A stretch of DNA of 64,000 nucleotides from Utricularia gibba (taxonomy: Eukaryota; Plantae; Magnoliophyta): assembly GCA_002189035.1 (NCBI GenBank), contig NEEC01000018.1:434001-498000 (forward strand), given 5' to 3'. Under the pieces are notes generated by a model. That model searched no databases. It had not been told where the DNA came from and was given only the letters and a program-made list of their open reading frames with translations. The translations under genes were made by a program, and so were the position numbers. Of the stretch, positions 1 to 11,683 are shown one piece after another; the stretch's first letter is position 1, and every line of letters starts with the position of its first letter.

Positions 1-129
1 GAATGAAAGGCATCTTTCAAAACAAATTTTGGTTTATATAAATGATTGTTTATGCCTTTCATGATATTAATGAATTATGTATTGTATTCTTTCCCTAGAA
101 ATTTTGTTATTGTTTAGTGCTGTGTGTCT

Positions 130-1112
130 TGAGAAAAGAGTGTTTCTATACTAACATCAAGAAATGTGACTTTTGCAAAAACAAAATCTCTTTTCTTGGC
201 TACATTGTGAGTGATGTGGATACTTCAGTGGATGAAGAAAAAAGTGATGGCAATTAGAGAATGACCAACTCCTATCACGATTGGAGAAGTACACATCTTC
301 AATGGATTGGCCAATTTTTACAATCATTTTGCCAAGGATTTAAGCACACGCTGAATCATTGAACGAGGTTATCAAGTAGATGCTCAATTTTTTTTGGGAG
401 AAGCACAAAGAGTCTGCATTTATGCAATTCAAGGATAAGCTTAGCTCAAACCCTTTATTTGTGTTACCTGATTTTTCGAAAACATATGAAATTGAATGTG
501 ATGCTACTGGAGTTGGAAAAAAGTGTTGTTTTGGTGCAAGGAGGCCGACCCATTGCATACTTCAAGGAAAAGCTTGGTGGAGCAACACTCAATTACCCAA
601 CTTATGATAATGAGTTGTATTCATTGGTAAGAGCTTAAAAGACTTAGAAACATTATATGTGATACAAAAAGTTTGAAGCATATGAAGAGTCAAAGAAATT
701 TAAATAGGATACATGCAAGATGTATGGTATTCATAGATATGTTTTTCTATGCCATAAAACACAAGAAAGGAAAAGAAAACATTATTGTTGATATTTTGTT
801 AATAAGATACACACTTTTGGCTACTCTTAATGTTCAAATGGGATTTTTGCAATAAAATAGTCTTATACTCTTGATCATGATTTCAAATATTTATATTTTC
901 TTATGAGGGTAAACCTCATGAAACTTATCATTGGGAAGATGACTTTCTTTTAAAGAAAATCATGTTATGTATTCAACAATGTTCCATTTGAGAGTTCTTT
1001 GTGAAGGAGGCGATTGGTGAAGAACTTATGGGACATTTTGGAGTCATCAACACATTAGACATGCTTCAAAAACATTTCTATATGCCTAACATGAGAAGAG
1101 ATGTGGATAGGA
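130..1112 (+). mobile_element. Degenerate Ty3/gypsy (CRM-like) pol fragment: end of RT, RNase H, integrase N-terminal Zn-finger region
   Basis: Broken ORFs give [21 protein letters not shown] (RNase H), YAIKHKKGKENIIVD and GELMGHFGVINTLDMLQKHFYMPNMRRDV (integrase). These parallel 5130-6100 of the next element. Many stops and frameshifts. Confidence 0.8.
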
Positions 1113-1797
1113 TGATGCGACCCTCCAAACATCAAGTGTTTCGCAAACAAGATCTTGGGTTTCAAATGAAGGAATCCTTCAAGAAAAGAATAAGTTGGCT
1201 CTTAATGAATGAAAATCCTTACAACTCAAATTATGAATCACACTCACAGAATAAGGAATGAATTGGGAGTGATAAACCATACTAGATACAACAATCAAGA
1301 TTTGATAAGTCTAAAGTTTTACAAGAAGTGAAGTAATGAGCACTACTCTCAAAATAAATAACAATCAAAGTTATTCTAAACAAGTATGAAGCCCTTCTTA
1401 TATAGGCGAATGATTTGGCCTACTCAAAAAAAGTAGGAATAATGTACTTTGGAGTAATGGACCTCCATTACTCTAGTTGATGCATTTTGAGTAGCGTTAA
1501 TTTTATGTCAAACACCTTATTACTTTGTTGATTGACCCATAATCCTTTAAGCACCTCTTTTTTCTTCTAATTTTTAGTATTTTCTAGGCATTAGGACTTA
1601 TGTCTTAATTTGAGTTCAATTTTTCTTTCGTGCTTCATGTTTTGTTTTTCTTTTTTATGTGAAAAAATCTCCACTATGCTCCTCAAGTATATTTGCCTCC
1701 ATGAATAAGGTAAAGATCTTAAGATTGATCATACTTAAGTTTATGAATTCCTTTCTGTTAGAAAAATACTTCAATTAATTTTTCGTTCTAGATATCA
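1113..1797 (-). mobile_element. CRM-type LTR, inverted, abutting the truncated integrase
   Basis: On the minus strand it runs TGATA...GGGTCGCATCA. Internal blocks (gacttatcaa...tatcact...aattc...gtgtga.tc.taatt) resemble the LTRs at 7074-7693 and 40691-41325. No matching TSD found, and the 1797 boundary is approximate. Confidence 0.5.
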
Positions 1798-1874
1798 AGC
1801 TCTTATTGCATTTCATAGGAAAGATTACACCGTGACTACATTTCCATTCCTTGCACAAATTATGCTGTGAATAA

Positions 1875-3830
1875 ATCTATGCTGCTTCTATAGTGACTAT
1901 ACTATTAAAACTTTAAAAGATTTTATTAGTAAAACACAAATGTGTAATATGAGTATCGAATAAGGAGAGTTGTTTTTCTTGTGAAAGGTGATGTTACATC
2001 AAATACAACTATCACGATTTATAAATGGGTTTGTAAGGTAAAGCATGTCAGAAACGTAAATGATGAAGCTTGAGTAAGGGGAAAGAGGGTTCGTAACAAC
2101 CAAAAGAAATACACTTGAGCGACGAACTTTAAATAAATGGGATGTTTCTGGGATTGAAATCCTGCCTATCTATGTTCGTCAAGTATCTACTCTTCTCTAA
2201 TCTTCTTAAGCACTCGGTTATCAGAATAACGAATTGGCTACTCTCCCTTACACTCTCTTGCAAGGAGGGATGGGTGTTAAGTGTCATTTTCTAGTTTATT
2301 ATTAGGTATTATTATGTATTAATCTAGTGTTTAGTTGCCCAATTTAAGATATATATTGATAAATATTGAATTTCCTTAGAAAAATCCTATTTTCTTATTT
2401 TGATCAACACCTGTCAGAAGATTGTGTGGAGTGTTGCAGGAGTATTTCAGATGGTTAGAGTTTGACTTTTCGTGCCTTGTACGCGACTTGGAACAATTGT
2501 GAGCAGAAGACTGACACTAGTCAAGGTCGCTGACTTACGACATGTTAGAATCTGCAGAAATGATTGGGCGCTAATTTGCACGTAAAGGAAAGTTGCTGGC
2601 GCATGTAAGACAGAAGGAATGATGAGAAAGGGATCCAAAGGAGTTAATACACGTGAGGAGTGATATAAAAGCCACTTGGAGCACTTAGTTTCGGACTTTT
2701 GAACCTTTGTTTCTATACTTAGAACTTATTAGTTCTTCCTCCCTTCCAAGGAGGAAGAACACTTAGCTTCCATTTTCGTTTCTGTTTTCATGGTCCTTTC
2801 GGGCTAAACTCTTTTAGTTTCTGGGAGAAGATGAAGTTTCATTCCAAGTGTTGAGCAATACACTCGGTTCTTCACTGAATTCACTTCGGATTCTGCATAG
2901 TTCCATGCATCTTGTTGCAGTCTTTCTGTAACGACTCCTAGTCAAGGTCCATGAGCAGCAGGTCACTCCTCGCGGATTTTGGTGAAGATCAAGGTGAAGA
3001 GCATTAACTCCAACCCCACCGGTTCGAAGGAAGTAGCGGATTGTTTGTGGCCCAGGTACCACGACAATGGACAAGTTGTGACCTTGGACTTGCCACTGGC
3101 CATTGGCAACAACTTGGCGCACGCACGCAATTCGATTTTGTAGGCAATCGAAGGCAATCCTCTTGTATTTTTAATCGTCCAAGGGGGAATCACATGAGGC
3201 TATTCCCGTGACTCTTTGTCAATCAGAGTGTAAAGGAGAGTAGGCTATTCATTACTCCTATAACAAGCTATTCAGAAGAAATTAGTGATAACCAAGGCAA
3301 GGACGCACAAAGGAGGGAAATAGATTCTCATTCCTAGGAACTGCGTACCATAGTCAAGGCCCATCACTTAGGATGTAACTTTTATTTCTGCTCGCAAACT
3401 CCCTTTTACAAAACCGTGACATTTTTTAAAAGTTATTTGCCAAACACTTTTCATGAAATACAATTTCCTGAAATCGATACTCGTTCTACGCTTTTGGGTG
3501 TTTTACGTTTTATATATTTAAAATTTGTTGAGAAAACAACATGTAACAATAGGAATAGCCTTATACTAATCCCCCTTGGGCGAATAGAAAAATAGGAGGT
3601 CCTTCCTTCATACCCATATGGTCGAATTGCGCACATGTGCTAGAGTGTTGCCAATGACCCATTGAGTCCATACATAAGGTACTTTCCATCTTGCTTCTTT
3701 TTAAAACTCGCAAATAATGATCAGCTTATCATAAATCTTGAATAAAGGGACTCTTACAAAATGATTGTAATATAACTGAACAGAGACATGTGAAACTCGA
3801 TCAAATTCAAACAAACTTGTACTAATTTTG
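1875..3830 (-). mobile_element. Truncated LTR (Athila/Tat-like), split by the solo LTR at 2275-3548
   Basis: 1965-2274 joined to 3549-3830 aligns colinearly with 16460-17100. Shared blocks include aatacaactatca, acgtaaatgatg, ctcccttacact, tggtcgaattg and aactcgca.ataatgatcagcttatcat. Confidence 0.55.
2275..3548 (+). mobile_element. Solo LTR of about 1.27 kb, probably Ty3/gypsy non-chromovirus
   Basis: Termini TGTTA...TAACA. Flanks ATGGG / ATAGG match 4 of 5 bases as a TSD. Removing it restores colinearity with the 16388-17715 copy, whose ends it also resembles. Confidence 0.65.
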
Positions 3831-3834
3831 CTAA

Positions 3835-6800
3835 CAACATCTTGGTAGAGAAGTTGCGAATACCAACATTTAGACACACTAAGCCTTACAATTTACAGTA
3901 GTTCAATAAAAGAAGTGAGTTAAAGGTGACCAAACAAGTTCTTGTGGTATTTTCCATGGGAAGATATAAAGATGAAGTGCTATGTGATGTTGTACCTTTG
4001 CATGCCAATCATATTCTTTTGGGAAAGCCATAAGAATATGATAGAAGAGCATTGTATGATGGCTTTAAGAACAAGTATTTCTTCAGTCATAATAAACGCT
4101 CAATCACACTTGCTCCATTATCTCAAAAGGAGGCACATAGAGATCAAGTCAAGATCTTGGATGATGCTAGAGCACTGCATGGTGCAAATGGGAATCACAA
4201 GGAGCTTGTGCTTAAGAGAGGAAATATGAGTGGAGACAAGAAAAAGGAGAGTGGAGTGAGAAAGAGTGAAAAAAAATTCGAAAAAGTGTAGAGGAAACAA
4301 GATGTAGGAAGGAATTGACTGGGAAAAATGGTTAGAATGAGTGTAAACCGGAAAGTGGAAACAAGAAAGTGATAGAATTAATGAGAAAAAATGAGAGTCT
4401 TTTAGTTAGACCAAGTGAGATTAAACACTCTCTTCATATTAGGCAACCGTTACTTCTACTTATGTACAAGGATGAAGTTTCTACTTCTCCAAACAATGCT
4501 CAACCTATTCTATTTTGTGTTGTATCTCTCTTACAGGTATATTAAGATGTATTTCGAAATTAAGCATCAAATTGATCTTGTGCCTGGAACACAACTCCCC
4601 AACCAACTTGCATACCGTGCCAATCCAAAGAAGATGAAGGAAATACAAATGCAACTTGAGAAATTTATGTCTAAAGGATTTTTTCGAGAAATCATGAACC
4701 TTGCTCTGTGTTGGTTTTATTGGTTCCAAAATCCAATGGCACTTGGTGTATTTTGATTGATTGTTGTGCCATAAACAACATCATCATCAAGTTTAGACAT
4801 CCTATTTCTTGACTTGAAGATATGCTTGATGAATTGAATGGTGCTTGTGTTTTTACTAAGATTGATTTAAGAAGTGAATATCTTCATATTAGAATGAAGG
4901 AAGGTGGTAAATGGAAAACCATTTTTAAGACTAAGTTTGGTTTGTATGAGTGGGTTGTTATGCCTTTTGATTTGAACAATGCTTCTAGCACCTTTATAAG
5001 ATTGATGAATCATGTTCTTAGGCGTTTTATAGGTAGATTTGTGGTTGTTTATTTTGATGATATTCTGATTTGTAGCAAAAGTCTTCAGGCACATGTGTGT
5101 CATTTAAAAGAATGTGTTAGACATTTTTAGGAAAAAGAAGTTGTTTGTTAATATCAAGAAGTGTGTCTTTTACACAACCAGTGTCTCTTTTCTTGGACAT
5201 ATTGTTAGTGATGTAGGACTAGCTGTAGATGAAGATGAAGTGCGAGCAATTAGGAAATGGATAACACCTACATCATTTGGTTAGGTTAGGAGTTTTCATG
5301 GCTTAACAAGTTTCTATAGACGGTTTGTTAAGGATTTTAGCACCCTTCACTCAATTGATCAAGAAAAATCACACATTTCATTGGGGAGACGAGCAAGAAC
5401 ATGCATTCAAACAATTCAAAGATAAACTTTACTCAACACCTCTCCTAGCTCTTCCAAATTTTTCTCATACTTTTGAAATTGAATGTGACGCGTCTGGTTT
5501 AGGAATTGGTGCTGTATTGATGCAAAATAGACGTCCACTTGCTTATTTTAGTGAGAAGTTTCATGATGCAACTCTCAATTATCCAACATATGACAAAGGG
5601 TTGCATACATTGATTAGAACTTTGGAGACATGGCAATACTATTTGTAGTCTTAGGAGTTCGTGATACACACTGATCATGTCTTTTAAACATTTGAAAAGT
5701 CAAGAAAAGTTAAACATAAGACATGCTAAGTGGGTAGAGTTTATAAACACATTCTCATACGTGATCAAATACAAGAAAGGTAAAGAAAATGTGGTAGTTG
5801 ATGTTTTATCTCGAAGATACATTCTTTTAACCAATCTTGATGCAAGAATTCTGAGATTTGCTTCTATTATTGACTTATATGCTTATAATCACGATTTTTT
5901 GGACTTTTATGAGGCATGTGAATTTGCTCGATATGAACTATTCTTTAAAAAAGATAGGTTGTGCATTCTTTCTTGTTTCATACATGATTTGATTGTTAGG
6001 GAAGCTCATGATGGTGGATTAATGAGACATTTTGGTGTTAAAAAGACTCTTGATATTCTCACTCAACATTTCTTTTGATCACACATGAGAAGAGATGTTA
6101 AAAGAGTTTGTGATAGATGTATTCCTTGTAGGAAGGCTAAATCAACCATTGCCTTTCATGGTTTGTATACTCCACTTCCTACTCCGTCTCAATCATGGGT
6201 AGACATTTCTATGAACTTTTTTTTAGTCTTACCTCATACTCTAAAGGGTAGGACTCGATTTTTGTTGTTGTGGAAGAGTTTTCAAAGATGGCACGATTTA
6301 TTTCATGTCACAAAATTGATGATGCGTTTTATGTGGCTAATCTCTTCTCTAGAGTAGTAGTTAGACTTCATGGTATGCTGCTCACAATCGTTTCTAATCA
6401 TGATGCAACATTTTTCAGTCATTTTTGGAGAGTACTTTGGAGTAAACTTGTCACTAAACTCTTATACTCAACAACTTGTCATTCTCAAATCGGGGGACAA
6501 ATCGAGGTTACAAATTGTACATTTTCTACCTTATTTAGAATTATAATTAAATATAATCTTAAGATATGAAATAAATGTTTGTCACTTGTTAAATTTTCTT
6601 ACAATCTAACAATACATATCATTACTAGGTTATCCTCATTTCAAGTGATTTATGGCTTTAATCCTCTTATACCTTTGGATATGTTACCTTTGTTTTGTGA
6701 TGAAAAAGTTAGTTTAGATGGCAAGAAAAGAGCTGAAACAATCAGAAGCTTGCATGAAAATGTGAAACACTAGATTGAATCTAGCAATGCAAAGTACGCA

Positions 6801-7073
6801 TCAGCAGTAAACAAGGGTCGACGTGGAATTGTATTTGAACCTAGAGATTAGGTTTGGCTTCATCTCAAGAAAGAGAAGTTTCTCACAAAGAGGAAGTCAA
6901 AATTTCTTTCTTGTGGAGATGGATCTTTCCAAGTTGTTGAACATGTGTGATAATGCCTAAAAGCTTGATTTACGAGGTGCGTATTCAGTTCATTCAACTT
7001 TCAATGTTGCTAATTTGTCCCTTTTTGAAATGGATGCAGATTCAAGGTGAATCTTCTTAAAGAATGGGGGGAG
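3835..7073 (+). mobile_element. Degenerate CRM-lineage Ty3/gypsy internal region (protease, RT, RNase H, integrase) ending in a polypurine tract
   Basis: Motifs include ILVEKLRIPT..KPYNLQ (protease region), [18 protein letters not shown] and [11 protein letters not shown] (RT), [18 protein letters not shown] (RNase H), and CDRCIPCRKAKS and [13 protein letters not shown] (integrase). The PPT AAGAATGGGGGGAG lies directly before TGATG at 7074. No 5' LTR or gag remains. Confidence 0.9.
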
Positions 7074-7693
7074 TGATGAACCGAAGCAAGATGATGAAGA
7101 TTATTTGAAGAGTGATGATGATGTTGCACAAGTGAACAATTTGGATAGTAAGATCATTTCACCAGGCCTAATGAAATGACAAGGAGTAAGAATAGAATGA
7201 TTGAAGCTACACTCAAGGTTCTACTCAACACTATTGTAATCAAACTTGGGCTTGAAAACTTGCCATCATAGGAGTTCGATTACATGAAGATGGATTTACT
7301 TTAGAGCCCAATTCCCATTGGATTTGTTAGGCTTTCGTTTTTTATTTAGTGTGGGATTGATAATGTTAGAACTCCATTCTAGAATATAAATACTCTAAAC
7401 ATATACTCTTGTGAGTACCTTTAGTTCATTTCATGAATCTTGTGAACAATTTTATCTACTTTAAGTGATTGAACACTCTTGACTTATAAAGTTTTAGAGC
7501 TTGTGGTATCTCAAAGTTATCACTTTCAATCTCTTATCTTTCTGAAGTGTGACTCGTAATTTCCTTTTCTTTTATAGTTTGGTTGTAAGATATTTATTCT
7601 TTTGAAGGTATACTTGGGTGGATTCTTTTTTAAATATCTAAATTACCTCATGTTTGTGGATTACTAATCTCTTTAGATTAGAGAGTCACATCA
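7074..7693 (+). mobile_element. 3' LTR of the CRM-like element (620 bp)
   Basis: TGATG...CACATCA termini directly after the PPT. A remnant MTRSKNR resembles the CR motif that extends into CRM 3' LTRs. It is colinear with the solo LTR at 40691-41325. Confidence 0.8.
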
Positions 7694-7719
7694 CAATCTT
7701 TATGTGTTCTTTGGTTTGA

Positions 7720-8145
7720 GTGATTTTTTTATTTTAAATTTTTATTAATGTGCGACCCTTGTATATTGTTTGGATTGAGGGAGTCTCTTGTTATTGTAAA
7801 TTTATATTAGCAATTGATTCTTAAGTTTTTTTTTTAATAGAATGCAATTCCTCCATGAGGCATGAATTCAAGTATTCTAGGCACCACAAATTTTGCTTTG
7901 CAATGTTTAAAATAGGTGCACTTATGATGCCATTCTATCTGAATATGTTTTTTAGTTCGAGAGGTTTTTTTATTTTAAATTATATTAGCGTTCAAACTTT
8001 ATATGGTTTTTTGTAGTGAATGAGTTTTTTTATTGTAAATTTGTATTAGCAATCAATTCTTAGGTTTTGTTTGGATTGAGTGCAATCCCTTCATAAGGCA
8101 TAGTCCAAATGTTCAAGGTTCCATAAATTCTGCTTTGCGATGCAC
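7720..8145. repeat. Degenerate tandem duplication, unit about 240 bp
   Basis: ttattgtaaattt.tattagcaat..attct...tgcaat...cat.aggcat...aaatt.tgctttgc.atg occurs at about 7790-7905 and again at about 8030-8142. Confidence 0.5.
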
Positions 8146-8229
8146 GCAACACGTCAAAATAGTGCAATGAAGTGAATAATAGAGAAGTGTCTTCAAAACC
8201 AAACTATAAGGTATAGATCCATGATAAAT

Positions 8230-8560
8230 TACAAAATATCATACAAGTACTTCGTAATACTTCAATAGAGGATATTTAACATTCAAATGAGGCTACCCAA
8301 TGTGTCCATCCTTCATGAAGCTGGGCACATCACCTACTTCTATTAGATAATGAACAAATGGGTGTATTTCTCCACTCACCTATTGTAACAATGCATTGCA
8401 ACAAATGTATCCAATCTGATCTCATTGAAAACCATTGCAGCAACCTAAATGAGCAACAAAAAACCTAATGGAATTTTTAGACAATAAATTGCATGACCCC
8501 GTCAAATATCAATCGAAAGGTAAAATTTAAATTTACTCATCATCAATTTGTAGAAACCAA
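8230..8560 (-). mobile_element. Possible very decayed plant-mobile-domain (PMD)-like TE fragment
   Basis: The minus-strand translation IRLDTFVAMHCYNR*VEKYTHLF loosely resembles the PMD LD..LI.AL.ERW..ETHTF motif. Weak. Confidence 0.2.
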
Positions 8561-10414
8561 TGCATTTGCGATGAAGAAAGTGAAAAAAATATACAAATGT
8601 ATGCAAATGTATGCATACATTTTATCATTTGATGAAGATTATTATCGTCATTTTCATATTAATTCTTGAAAGGTTTAACAAAAGTCATTTCACTGACAAG
8701 TTTTGTTAAATCAGGATTGATAGATTTGTAATGACATAATATAAATCTATAAGTTTAATTAAACCAATATAACAAATTTATACAATATCTTTTATCAAAA
8801 GGATCAAAGGTTTATATCCAACTAACAAATGTAGCCTTATCGATTTGGAAATACATATAGGAAAATTTACAAATCAGTTCATTTTGCGCCACACAGTTTA
8901 TGCATTTTAGAACGCGGTCTCGATGCCTTTTGTCCTTTATCTCGTGGCCCGGTTTGTTCAAAACACATTAATCGAATCCTCCTCCTCCAACTGGTCTGCT
9001 CAGAGTCAGGAACGATGATCCCCTCCCCTCCCATCTCATCCCATCCCCTTGATGAGTTTGGACGCCGGGAATTTATTAGAAGAGGAGTGGGCGCATCTCT
9101 ATCTATTCCCTTTGGTCCAATGATGAATGATGAGCCAGCCATCAAATGGCAGCAGGCATCCTGATCCACTCACTCTCTTGTGTTTGTTGAGATTGTGCTT
9201 TTGATTAAAACCCAATCCTAAAAGAGTCATATCCAACAACCCCCGATGTTGAGAAGGAAGTCAGAGCCAGAGGAATTTAAAATGACACAACCAGACGACG
9301 AAGATCAGGCCAGGGCACTTGAATGAGGGCTGTACCATCCCATCCATATTTTCACTGCAAGGCAACGAAATGCCGGAAGGATGGAAGGTCCTGTTAATGA
9401 ACCCATGATTACGGGTATTAAAGTAAAAAAAGAAAAAAGGAAAAAACGGAGAATGATAAATAAATGAAGATAACATATGCACCACGATGAAAAAGGAAAG
9501 GCGTGGACAGAAGCGGTGGGCTCGAGGAGGCGTCTCGTGAAGTGCGCCGGCAGAAAACTGGACGCCGTACATTAAAGCTGCCCTCCTCCTCGTAGCCTCG
9601 TGCAGCAGTTTTCTCCAAAAAATTATTTCTTTTTTGTGGGGTTGGCTTTGGAATGGAATGGAGTACCGGCACCAGCACCCCACAAGAAAGAACCCTAATC
9701 TACAATGCATCTCCTCCCTCCAATAATTGATTCGCAATATACCCCAGTCGAGTCCGTGCCTGCCTCGATGCAGAGAAACATCAGTTTTTCTTTTCTCTTC
9801 TGGTTAGCCCTAGAGTGCATAGACCCATTCTGGTTGGTTGGTGTTTTTGTTTGTTGTTTTTTTTCGAAGCAGGTTTTTGGTGTTTTAAGTCTGTGGTATG
9901 TGGGCTGCATCTACATCTAGTATTCTGCTGCTCTGTTTCCTCTTTTCTTGGTTTCTGATACTTCTGAGGATATAATTCATTCATTCATCATCCTCTTGGT
10001 TCTGGCTAACGCCAGAACGAAACAGTTCACTTTTATCATAGAGAGAGATACCGCCAAAATAGGCTGCAGCAGCAGCAGTTAAGTAGCACTACTACTAGAT
10101 GGTTTGCTGTGGAACTACAGAAGAAAGGCCTAACTAATTGCTGCGCTGCGCTGCTCTCTCGAGCTTATTTTTCCTTCCTACTTCTTCCGATGCTGCTCTT
10201 ATTGTGTTTTTAAGATAGCGAAGTGACGAGGGCACCACCCCATCTCCTTGGATTTGGAAACTTCAACGGAGAAAGTGGTGTAGCGTAGGTAGATTCTACA
10301 ACAACCAGCTAGTTGTGCTAGTGAGTGGTGTGTGTTTGTTGAGGGAGACGCCATTTTGCAGTCTATGTGAGATCTCCTCCTCTCCTCTAGCCCTTCTTTA
10401 CAAATCTTGCAGTT

Positions 10415-11625
10415 GTGGCTACAAGTAGGCGTTTGGCTTCCTCAGATTCCGGCGCATTTGCTGACTGGGTCGCATCCTCTTCTTCCTCGGCTTCTGCTTC
10501 GGTTTCTACGGGGGATCTTTCTTTGGGCTTCAATGCCACCGTCACCGCCGGAATGTGGTCCTCCTCCGCCGCTCCGAGACATGTTAACTATGGGCTCTCG
10601 CCGGAGTTCTTCTTCGTTGCGCCGGCGGAAGCAGCTTCGGCTTCTGCAGCGACTCTAAGCTTCGATCCAAACGCAATCGGCGTCGGCGTCATTCCATTAC
10701 TCACCGCCGCGCCGTGCCCGACAACGGAGGAGGCGCTGAACACCAATAGCAGCAACCCACGTGGTCGCAATTTCCTGTGGCACCAGCAGCAGCAGGGGCA
10801 AGGGCATAGCAGTGGCTATCTGAAGAAACCCACCAATTTAGAACCCTCGAATCTGCTTCAGACGAATTGCAGCCCCGGGATCGGATGCTCCTCTGCAGCT
10901 GCCACTTGCCAAGACTGTGGGAATCAAGCGAAGAAAGACTGCCCCCACAGGAGATGCAGAACTTGTTGCAAAAGCCGAGGCTACGACTGCACCACCCACG
11001 TGAAGAGCACTTGGGTTCCCGCCGCCCGCCGCCGTGAGCGCCAACTCATGGCCGGATCCTCTCAATCAACCTCCGGCTCAAAGAAACCAAAACTCGTCGG
11101 TGGTGGTGGCGGCGGCGCGTCTCAAACGACCACAACAGCTTCCCATACCTCCACCTCGAACACCACTCCTCCCAGGAGTTTCGATACAAGCTCCAGCCAT
11201 CAAGGTATCTTTTCGACCGAGTAATCCCCACAACTGACCATTTAATTTACAGCGAAAAGATACCTTTTTTCTTGTGCTTATTAGACAAGGAGGCAGCTTT
11301 ACCGGGGCAAGTGCGTGCGCCGGCGGTCTTTAAGTGCGTGAGAGTAACGGCGTTGGACGACGGGGAAGATGAGTACGCGTACCAGGCGCTGGTGAAAATC
11401 GGGGGCCACGTTTTCAAGGGATTCCTGTACGATCAAGGGTTAGAAAGTCGACTCCCAAATATCTCAGAGCTCTACCTCGGCGGCGGGGAGTCCAGGAACA
11501 ACCCAACGCCTTCCTCCGCCCCTCCGCCGCCGCAGAATCCGCCGGTTCTTGATCCCTCCGACATGTACGCCGCTCCGGGGGCGTGTTTACTGGGAGGATC
11601 GAGCTTCAGTAACCCCATAAACTAA
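10415..11625 (+). CDS. LRP1: SHI/STY (SRS) family RING-like zinc-finger transcription factor, LRP1-type. Exons about 10415 (first in-frame ATG 10553)-11204 and 11285-11625
   Basis: Zn finger CQDCGNQAKKDCPHRRCRTCCKSRGYDCTTH, then VKSTWVPAARRRERQ, GVGVIPLLTA and the IGGH domain LVKIGGHVFKGFLYDQG. The 80-nt GT-AG intron 11205-11284 joins the two ORFs in phase (CAA G|AC AAG). The start codon is uncertain. Confidence 0.93.
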
Positions 11626-11651
11626 TGAATTGTTTCCTACCATTGTACCTG

Positions 11652-11683
11652 GCCATTGCCACTGCCATTGCCATTGCCATTGC
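11652..11683 (+). repeat. (GCCATT)n hexamer microsatellite in the SRS 3' UTR
   Basis: gccattgccactgccattgccattgccattgc, five units with one variant. Confidence 0.8.

Noticed and set aside
9261-9737. 158-aa minus-strand ORF upstream of the SRS gene
   Set aside because: It starts at a non-ATG codon, includes low-complexity Phe runs from an A-rich tract, and has no domain resemblance. It is more likely regulatory DNA.
11246-11252. Alternative acceptor TTTACAG in the SRS intron that would delete the IGGH domain
   Set aside because: It would need a 48-nt intron, below the usual plant minimum, and there is no transcript evidence.
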